Assembly: GCA_016185545.1 (NCBI GenBank)
Contig: JACPNJ010000001.1
Span: forward strand, 22,565 to 86,564
Reading direction: 5' to 3'
Length of the DNA: 64,000 nucleotides
From: Candidatus Yanofskybacteria bacterium
Lineage (GTDB): Bacteria > Patescibacteriota > Minisyncoccia > 2-02-FULL-40-12 > IGHO2-01-FULL-4-A
The notes beneath the pieces were generated by a model. It was not told the origin of the DNA. It did not search any database and was given only the letters and a program-made list of their open reading frames with translations. Position 1 is the first letter of the stretch. The number at the start of each line of letters is the position of its first letter. Position numbers and translations under genes: made by a program. This document shows positions 56,964 through 64,000 of the stretch, piece after piece.

Positions 56964-58219
56964 TATAGTATAAAGAATATTAACACTGCAAAAAATGCCA
57001 TAATCAAGAATGTAAGGTAGCCCAGAATATTCAATGCGCGGCTGTTTATGCGTTCTCCGACCACTTTTTTATTATTTGCCATATGTATCACCATTAATAT
57101 CAAAATCGGAGCAATAATGCCATATAAGATAGAAGTAAAAAACAGGGCTTTTACGGGATGAAATCCCAAGAGCGGAATTAACAGACCGATCACCGCTGAG
57201 ACAATAATTATACCGTAAAATTGTTTGGCTTTGGTAAAACTTTTGTCCAAGCCTTCCGACCAGCCGAAAATTTCCGCAACCACATAAGCGGCTGAACCGG
57301 CCAATACCGGTATCGCCAGAAATCCGGAACTAATTATTCCGATCGTGAATAGAAGATAAGAATATTCCCCGGCAAGCGGTTTTAACGCTTCGGCGGCATC
57401 CCGCAAGGTTTCAACATTGTTAAATCCGGCCCGAAAAAGCGTGGAAGCGGTCAAGGCGATTATGAAAAAAGTTATAATATTGGAAAAAATCATGCCAAAC
57501 CGAGTATCCATTTTTAAGGTTTTTAATTCGTCATCGGTTGCCGGGCGCAGGCGGCATATTTGGCCCGGCTTGCACTGCTCAATTATTTTTTCCTCAACTT
57601 CCTGATTTGCCTGCCAAAAATACAGGTAGGGTGACAATGTTGTGCCCATAAAAGCGGTCAGGACCACAAAAAATTCTTTATTAAAAACAAAATTAGGCAC
57701 CAAAGCATGATAAAAAACTTGCAGCCAGTTTTGGTGGATAGTAAATGTAGCGAATATGTATGCAAACAAACTCAAAGCCAGCCATTTGAATATCGTGAAA
57801 ATTTTCTGATAAGACAGGAAAATCGTAACGATTAAAATAATAATCGTCATGACAACGGCGGTCATTTTTTCGGGAAAAGGAGTAATCATGGCCAGAGCCT
57901 GCGACATGCCTGACATATCAGCGCCGACGTTGATCGTATTGACCCCCACAATCAAGGCGGCTATCAAAAACATAAGCCAGCGCGGGTAAAACTTTTTCAT
58001 GTTGCCCGCCAGACCGCGATTTGAAATTCTGCCGATGCGGGCGCTCATTTCCTGAATTGCTATCATGAGAGGAAGCGAGAACAAAGCTACCCACAAGAAA
58101 CGGTAACCAAACTTAGCTCCGGCGATGGAGTAAGTGGCAATAGCCGACGGTTCGTCATCAGAAGCCCCGGTAATCAACCCCGGTCCCAGCCGGTGCCAGA
58201 ATTTTTTTAGTTTGTGCAT
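56963..58219 (-). CDS. NRAMP-family divalent metal transporter
   Basis: LGPGLITGASDDEPS, GTTLSPYL, about 11 TM. Confidence 0.85.
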   Translation of the reverse strand: MHKLKKFWHRLGPGLITGASDDEPSAIATYSIAGAKFGYRFLWVALFSLPLMIAIQEMSARIGRISNRGLAGNMKKFYPRWLMFLIAALIVGVNTINVGADMSGMSQALAMITPFPEKMTAVVMTIIILIVTIFLSYQKIFTIFKWLALSLFAYIFATFTIHQNWLQVFYHALVPNFVFNKEFFVVLTAFMGTTLSPYLYFWQANQEVEEKIIEQCKPGQICRLRPATDDELKTLKMDTRFGMIFSNIITFFIIALTASTLFRAGFNNVETLRDAAEALKPLAGEYSYLLFTIGIISSGFLAIPVLAGSAAYVVAEIFGWSEGLDKSFTKAKQFYGIIIVSAVIGLLIPLLGFHPVKALFFTSILYGIIAPILILMVIHMANNKKVVGERINSRALNILGYLTFLIMAFFAVLIFFIL

Positions 58220-58254
58220 TCTTGAATTATAGCAATTAGATTTGTTATTACCAA

Positions 58255-58335
58255 TTAGCACTCTTGACCCCAAACAAGGCAAAGACACGCTGCGGGCCCT
58301 CGCGGCCTTGTTCGGGGCAGGCCCGAGAGTGCCCA
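58255..58335. promoter_or_regulatory. CIRCE interrupted by 54-nt hairpin element (58268-58321)
   Basis: TTAGCACTC-ttga[element]cccga-GAGTGCCCA. Confidence 0.7.
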
Positions 58336-58345
58336 TCCTTACTTA

Positions 58346-58372
58346 TTAGCACTCTACCCTTGACAGTGCTAA
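58346..58372. promoter_or_regulatory. CIRCE operator overlapping -35 of hrcA promoter
   Basis: TTAGCACTC-N9-CAGTGCTAA; TTGACA 58360, TATAAT 58382. Confidence 0.9.
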
Positions 58373-58394
58373 TTTGGCGATTATAATGAGAAGT

Positions 58395-59159
58395 ATGATT
58401 ACTCAAAGGCAGGGGATATTACTCGCGTCAATAATTGAAAATTTTATCAGGACCGCGGAACCGGTAAGCTCAAAATTGCTTGAAAAATCAGGGTTTTTTG
58501 GTTTGAGTTCGGCCACAATCAGGGCCGAGATGAATGGCCTTGAAGATTTGGGTTTTCTTGCTCACATTTATACTTCCAGCGGACGTGTGCCGACAGACAG
58601 GGCATATAGGTATTATGTGGATAACATGGTAGTAAATCAAAAATCAAAAATCAAAAATCAAAAATATCAAAACGTGATCAAGAGTGCCGTCCATGATGCA
58701 GGGACAGATCCAAGAGAAATAAATAGAATTGTGGCGCAGACATTGTCAGAGTTGTCGGACAATCTTGTTATCACCGGAATTGAGGAAGAACAGGATTTTT
58801 TCAAAGTCGGACTTTCAAGCTTATTTGAAATGCCGGAATTTCGCGAGTTTGACAGGGCTTTCCGGCTGACAAGTTTTTTTGACGAGTTTGAGTCATTGTT
58901 TAATAAAATTGAAAAAGAATTTTTTGACTTGCCTGCCGAAGCTTTAGCGAAGGAGGGTGATATAAAAATTTTTATTGGTCGTGAAAATACGGTTCCCGAT
59001 ATACGTGACGAAACTGTTATGTTTGTCAAATATAATCTTCCGCATGACCTAACCGGTTCGCTTACCCTGATCGGCCCGACCAGAATGGATTATGCGAAAA
59101 ATATCGGCCTGATTAAATACGCAACCGGAGAATTGAATAAATTAAGTAAAGAAGTATAA
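58395..59159 (+). CDS. hrcA: Heat-inducible transcription repressor
   Basis: EPVSS, SSATIRAEM, TSSGRVPT, IGPTRMDY. Confidence 0.92.
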   Translation: MITQRQGILLASIIENFIRTAEPVSSKLLEKSGFFGLSSATIRAEMNGLEDLGFLAHIYTSSGRVPTDRAYRYYVDNMVVNQKSKIKNQKYQNVIKSAVHDAGTDPREINRIVAQTLSELSDNLVITGIEEEQDFFKVGLSSLFEMPEFREFDRAFRLTSFFDEFESLFNKIEKEFFDLPAEALAKEGDIKIFIGRENTVPDIRDETVMFVKYNLPHDLTGSLTLIGPTRMDYAKNIGLIKYATGELNKLSKEV

Positions 59160-59172
59160 AAAATATCATGGA

Positions 59173-59251
59173 TCCCGTTAGAAGTCTCGCTCGCCAAGTC
59201 TGACTTGGCGAGTCCGTAGGACCTTGGCGGGGCTACTTCTAACGGGATGGA
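59173..59251 (+). mobile_element. TCCCG...CGGGA-TGGA element at grpE start
   Basis: atgga|tcccgttagaagt...acttctaacggga-tgga|agat. Confidence 0.75.
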
Positions 59252-59711
59252 AGATAAAAATCAAAATAATATAAATTCGGATAGTTCTAAACCTGATTTA
59301 TCCGAGGAGTACCTGAATAACTGGAAGCGAGAGCGGGCGGATTTTATAAATTATAAAAAGGATGAAGCGCAAAGAATGGGGGAGTTCGTTAAATTTGCCA
59401 ATGAAAGTTTAATTTTGGAATTGTTGGATATCGTGGATGATTTGTATCTGGCCGCCAAGCAGGCAAAAAACGCCGGTTTAGACCAAGTTATTAAAAAGTT
59501 TGAGGATTTCTTAAAAAAATATGGAGTTGAGAAAATTAAGGTAAGCGATCCCGTAAAGTCGCCTGATGGCGACAACGGGGCAAGCAAATTTGACCCGATG
59601 ACACAAGAAATTGTTGAGGGAGCGGATGGGGAAAAAATAGAAGAAGTCAGGGCCGGCTATATGATGCATGGGAGAATCATTAGACCGACACGCGTTAAAA
59701 TAATAAAATAA
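59247..59711 (+). CDS. grpE: Nucleotide exchange factor GrpE
   Basis: [16 protein letters not shown]...RIIRPTRV. Confidence 0.92.
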   Translation: MEDKNQNNINSDSSKPDLSEEYLNNWKRERADFINYKKDEAQRMGEFVKFANESLILELLDIVDDLYLAAKQAKNAGLDQVIKKFEDFLKKYGVEKIKVSDPVKSPDGDNGASKFDPMTQEIVEGADGEKIEEVRAGYMMHGRIIRPTRVKIIK

Positions 59712-59718
59712 TTTGATC

Positions 59719-59877
59719 GGGTCTAACCGAAGCATACCTCAGGCACGCTTCGCCGCTCCAGCGGCGGCTTCGCTATTTCGTCTCGCGGATTTAATTTTTG
59801 ATGAAAGATATATTTTATCAAAAATTAACCAAGCAATCCGTTCGTCGGAATGCCTGGAGCATGCCTCTGTTAGACCC
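59719..59877. mobile_element. Palindromic intergenic element between grpE and dnaK
   Basis: gggtctaac...caggca / tgcctg...gttagaccc arms with internal hairpins. Confidence 0.6.
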
Positions 59878-59889
59878 CTAAATAATACT

Positions 59890-61887
59890 ATGCCTAAAGT
59901 TTTAGGGATTGATCTGGGAACTACAAATAGCGCGATGGCGATTGTGGAAATAGGTCAGCCGAGGGTATTGGAGAATAAAGAGGGGATGAGAACTACACCT
60001 TCGGTGGTTGCCGTTGGTAAAAACGGCGAGCGTTATGTGGGTGTGACCGCCAAGCGCCAAGCTGTGACCAATCCAGCCAATACTATTTTTTCCGTAAAGC
60101 GACTTATAGGGCGCCGGTTTTCAGATACCGAAGTTCAGCATGATAAACAACTTTTGTCTTACGAAATACGCGAGGGATCAAACAATGATGTTGAAATCAA
60201 GATGGGAGACCCCGTAAAATCGCCTGGTGGCGATAACGAGACAGGCAAGTGGCATAAGCCGGCGGAGATTTCAGCGATGATTTTGCAAAAACTTAAAGCT
60301 GATGCTGAAGATAAGCTGGGTGAAAAAATTACCGATGCCATTATCACGGTGCCGGCGTATTTTGACGATTCACAGCGTAAAGCCACGAAAGACGCAGGCG
60401 AAATTGCAGGACTCAACGTTAAGCGCGTCATCAACGAGCCGACGGCGGCCGCTCTTGCCTATGGTTTCAACAAGAAAAAAGACGAAAAAATTGTAGTTTA
60501 TGACTTTGGCGGCGGGACTTTTGACGTTTCAGTGCTTGAAGTTTCCGAAGATACAATAGAGGTTAAAGGTACGGGTGGTGATACCCATTTAGGCGGCGAT
60601 GATCTTGACCAGCGAATTATCCAGTATTTGATAGACGAATTTAAAAAAGAGCAGGGCGTTGATGTGAGCAAAGACCAATTGGCTGTACAGCGGCTCAAAG
60701 ATGCGGCCGAGAAAGCCAAGCACGAACTGTCCAGCACAATGCAAACCGAAGTAAATATTCCTTTCCTGACCGCGGACGCCAGCGGCCCGAAGCACTTTTC
60801 AATGACATTTACGCGGGCCAAGCTGGAAGATTTGGTTAAGGATTATATTGATAAATCAATTGAACTGACCGGGAAAACCGTAAAAGAAGCCGGGCTTAAG
60901 CTTTCTGATATCAATGAGGTAATCTTGGTAGGCGGACAAACCAGAATGCCGGCCATAATTGAAGCGGTTAAAAAATTATTCGGCAAAGAACCGCACAAAG
61001 ATATAAATCCTGATGAAGTTGTAGCGGTTGGTGCGGCTATTCAAGGAGGTATAATGCTGGGCGATATACGCGATGTATTACTGCTTGATGTCACCCCGCT
61101 TTCGCTTGGTATTGAAACGCTTGGCGGAGTAATGACTAAAATGATAGAAAAAAACACTACCGTGCCGACCGCCAAAACCCAAACATTCTCAACTGCCGCT
61201 GACAATCAACCGTCAGTTGAGATACATGTCTTGCAAGGCGAGCGAGCGATGTCAACGGACAACAAAACGCTTGGTAAGTTTATACTTGATGGTATACCCC
61301 CGGCTCCCCGAGGTGTGCCGCAAGTTGAGGTTACTTTTGATATTGATGCCAATGGTATACTGAATGTCAAAGCTAAAGACAAGGCTACAAACAAGGAACA
61401 GTCAATCAGAATCGAGGGGTCGTCTGGCTTAACTGACGATGAAAAGAAAAAAATGACCGCTGATGCGGAGAGATTTGCCGTTGAGGATGCGAAAAAGAAA
61501 GAATTGGTAGATGCCCGCAACATGGCGGAAACGCTTGTTTATTCAACGGAAAAAGCATTGAGAGATATTGGTGACCCCGTAAAATCGCCTGACGGCGATA
61601 ACGGGGCAAGTAAAATTAGCGCTGAGGAACGCAAAAATATTGAGGATAAAGTTGCAGCATTGAAGGATGCCCAGAAAAGCGAGGATGTTGGCACGATTAA
61701 AAAAGCCACGGAAGAATTGTCCGCGGCGGCACAAAAAATAGGGGAGGTGTTGTATAAACAAGCAACTCCGAAAAGTGGCGATGCCACCTCGGGGCAAGCA
61801 GGCGAGCAAAAAACGGCCGCCGAAGGCGAGCCGCGCCCTGCTGGGCGGGAAGAGAAAAAAGATGAGGGGGAACAGAAAGCGGAGTGA
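59890..61887 (+). CDS. dnaK: Chaperone DnaK
   Basis: [30 protein letters not shown]. Confidence 0.97.
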   Translation: MPKVLGIDLGTTNSAMAIVEIGQPRVLENKEGMRTTPSVVAVGKNGERYVGVTAKRQAVTNPANTIFSVKRLIGRRFSDTEVQHDKQLLSYEIREGSNNDVEIKMGDPVKSPGGDNETGKWHKPAEISAMILQKLKADAEDKLGEKITDAIITVPAYFDDSQRKATKDAGEIAGLNVKRVINEPTAAALAYGFNKKKDEKIVVYDFGGGTFDVSVLEVSEDTIEVKGTGGDTHLGGDDLDQRIIQYLIDEFKKEQGVDVSKDQLAVQRLKDAAEKAKHELSSTMQTEVNIPFLTADASGPKHFSMTFTRAKLEDLVKDYIDKSIELTGKTVKEAGLKLSDINEVILVGGQTRMPAIIEAVKKLFGKEPHKDINPDEVVAVGAAIQGGIMLGDIRDVLLLDVTPLSLGIETLGGVMTKMIEKNTTVPTAKTQTFSTAADNQPSVEIHVLQGERAMSTDNKTLGKFILDGIPPAPRGVPQVEVTFDIDANGILNVKAKDKATNKEQSIRIEGSSGLTDDEKKKMTADAERFAVEDAKKKELVDARNMAETLVYSTEKALRDIGDPVKSPDGDNGASKISAEERKNIEDKVAALKDAQKSEDVGTIKKATEELSAAAQKIGEVLYKQATPKSGDATSGQAGEQKTAAEGEPRPAGREEKKDEGEQKAE

Positions 61888-61920
61888 AAGACTGAAGATA
61901 AAAAATAATTAACCATTTTT

Positions 61921-63078
61921 ATGTCGAGTATTAACGACTTTTATACAACTCTTGGAGTATCGAAGAGCGCTTCGCAGGAGGAGATAAAAAGGGCCTATCG
62001 CAAGCTGGCTCACCAGCATCATCCTGATAAGCAAGGCGGAGATGAGAAAAAGTTCAAGGAGATAAATGAGGCCTACCAGGTGCTTTCCGACCCCAAGAAA
62101 CGTTCACAATATGACCAGTTCGGTTCCGTGCCGCCTGGCGGTTTTGGTTCCCAAGGATTCGGCGGTTTCGGCGGAAGAGGATTTGATGGTTTTGATTTTT
62201 CGCAGGGATTCGGCGGATTTAGGCAGGGTCAACAGTTTGATTTTGAAGATATTTTTGACATGTTCGGCGATGTTTTCGGTGGTCAGTTCGGTAGAGCGCG
62301 TGGACGAGCCCGACAGGCACAGGAGGAATCAAGTGGTAGTGATATTAGAATCAATCTGACATTGAGTTTGCATGATGTAGCACGCGGCGCGACAAAACAA
62401 ATTGAATTATCAAAGGATATTGTCTGTCCTGAATGTGGTGGTAGCGGCGCAGAAAAGGGAAGCGGTTTAACCGATTGTTCGGTTTGCGTCGGCAAGGGCG
62501 AGGTTAGAGAAACCACGACATCATTTTTTGGCAATATAACCAGAGTTTCTACTTGCAATATTTGTCGGGGTAGCGGCAAGGTGCCAAAAAATAACTGCCA
62601 TGCTTGCAAGGGCGAGGGCAAGAAGCGCGAAAAGAAAACCATTGAGTTTGATATTCCCGCCGGCATAAATGACGGCGAGGCGTTTATAATCAAGGGTGAG
62701 GGTCAGGCCGGTTTTCGTGGTAAAAGACCCGGTAATCTTTATATTCAGGTCAGCGTTGAGCCGGATAAAAGATTTAAGCGTGTCGGTAATGACATAATCT
62801 ATGAAATGCCGGTTAAAATGACTGATGCAATTCTCGGGGCGCGCTTGCCGGTATTGACGTTGGATGGAGAAAAAGAAATTGATATTCCGGCTGGCGTCCA
62901 AAATGGCGAGCAGTTGCGCCTCAAAGGTCTGGGCGTGCACACGTCCTCCGCCGGGGGCTTTGGAGTGCGCAGTGGGCAGCATAAAGGCGACCAGATAGTT
63001 AAAATTAAAATTGAAACCCCGCAGAAATTAAACAGTAAAGCCAAAAAACTTGTTGAGGAATTGGCGGGGGAGGTTTAG
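61921..63078 (+). CDS. dnaJ: Chaperone DnaJ
   Basis: HPD J-domain, G/F region, four CxxCxGxG. Confidence 0.96.
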   Translation: MSSINDFYTTLGVSKSASQEEIKRAYRKLAHQHHPDKQGGDEKKFKEINEAYQVLSDPKKRSQYDQFGSVPPGGFGSQGFGGFGGRGFDGFDFSQGFGGFRQGQQFDFEDIFDMFGDVFGGQFGRARGRARQAQEESSGSDIRINLTLSLHDVARGATKQIELSKDIVCPECGGSGAEKGSGLTDCSVCVGKGEVRETTTSFFGNITRVSTCNICRGSGKVPKNNCHACKGEGKKREKKTIEFDIPAGINDGEAFIIKGEGQAGFRGKRPGNLYIQVSVEPDKRFKRVGNDIIYEMPVKMTDAILGARLPVLTLDGEKEIDIPAGVQNGEQLRLKGLGVHTSSAGGFGVRSGQHKGDQIVKIKIETPQKLNSKAKKLVEELAGEV

Positions 63079-63160
63079 GGTAGCTACCATATAAAATCTA
63101 TGGTAGTCTTGGTCTATTGATTTTTAATAATTCAACCTAGGCTACAAAGGAGAAAATAAT

Positions 63161-63688
63161 ATGGGTTATTATATACATATACCGCTTCCGGAAAAGCTAA
63201 GGGATGAAATTTCAGAAATTGAACGTACCTTCCAGGGGGATAGCGGATCGGAGCCGCATATTACGCTTATACCGCCTAGAGAACTTATTGGCGGTAAATC
63301 CGAGCAAGAACTTATTGATGCGGTCCACCTAGCAACACAAAGATTAACTCCCTTTGCTCTTATACAAAAGGGTGTCGGGTTCTTTGGGAATAAAGAAACC
63401 ATCTATGTTCGCATAAGTAGGACCTATAAACTCGTATCTTTCCATCAAGCCCTTGCTGAAGCTATTTCCGGCATATTAGAACCGCTTGATGGCCCTTTTG
63501 ATAATCTTCCTACGCCGCATATTACTCTTTCTACTAGGTTATCACCGGAATACGGGCAAAAAGCTTGGGAGGTACTGAGAAATAGGAATTTCCTGGGGCA
63601 GTTTATGTGTAAGCGGCTTACTTTATTGCAAAAAGACCGGGGTGATAAACATTGGAAAGTTTTGTGGCATTTTGACCTAAACGGCTAA
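63161..63688 (+). CDS. 2H phosphoesterase (2'-5' RNA ligase family)
   Basis: Two PHITL motifs; AGGAG RBS. Confidence 0.8.
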   Translation: MGYYIHIPLPEKLRDEISEIERTFQGDSGSEPHITLIPPRELIGGKSEQELIDAVHLATQRLTPFALIQKGVGFFGNKETIYVRISRTYKLVSFHQALAEAISGILEPLDGPFDNLPTPHITLSTRLSPEYGQKAWEVLRNRNFLGQFMCKRLTLLQKDRGDKHWKVLWHFDLNG

Positions 63689-63767
63689 GCCGTTTTTATT
63701 TTGACTTTCAAATAAAGCATGTTATCTTTGTTTAGGTTCGTCTAACCTTAAAACATGGAGACTAAGC

Positions 63768-63959
63768 ATGAAAAACAAGACCTATGCCGTGATGAGCGTC
63801 TCAGTAACAGTCAATGAACGAAGAGTAGGAGGATTTGACGCAAAAAACGACAGTGAAGCCAAAAAGAAGTTTAAAAAATGGTGGCCGAGTGGAAAGGGTT
63901 TTTTAAGGTATAGACTCTATCGGTTAATTGATTCGGTGCAGGGTGCAGTAAGAAAATAA
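63768..63959 (+). CDS. Small hypothetical protein
   Basis: GGAG RBS, 63-codon ORF. Confidence 0.4.
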   Translation: MKNKTYAVMSVSVTVNERRVGGFDAKNDSEAKKKFKKWWPSGKGFLRYRLYRLIDSVQGAVRK

Positions 63960-64000
63960 AGAAATTGCAGTCATTATTTATCACCCCTCCTTTTTTGGAG

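Noticed and set aside
59713-59889. N-terminal extension of DnaK in the ORF track
   Set aside because: Read-through of an intergenic palindrome; the conserved start is ATG 59890

Overview
64-kb bacterial chromosome segment (standard code) whose gene content and style (short EF-Ts and RF1, CPR-type pilin, wHTH-nucleotidyltransferase protein, few SD sites, many -10 boxes abutting start codons) suggest a Patescibacteria/Parcubacteria genome (inference). Housekeeping genes (nrdJ, tgt, rplY, prfA, rpmE, rpsB, tsf, rpmG, mltG, rplJL, mraZ-rsmH-ftsI-murF, rplU, recR, dnaB, cysS, hrcA-grpE-dnaK-dnaJ) and six conventional tRNAs alternate with accessory blocks: an acyl-CoA/aldehyde oxidation cluster, a Cu-ATPase locus, and a block after tRNA-Trp (truncated dCMP deaminase, queuosine-salvage/HhH-like Fe-S protein, two wHTH-metallophosphoesterase paralogues). 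The most striking signals are non-coding. (1) An aberrant tRNA-Val(GAC)-like gene has a leader carrying antisense copies of its anticodon arm and acceptor strand. (2) A dense population of hairpin elements with a 4-nt tail (CARG/TGRA) is inserted without target duplication in-frame in essential genes, at start codons and inside a CIRCE; the window also has a RAYT transposase carrying its own REPs. (3) ~152-bp mini-elements are tailored to individual tRNA 3' ends. All coordinates were read by eye and no database searches were run.
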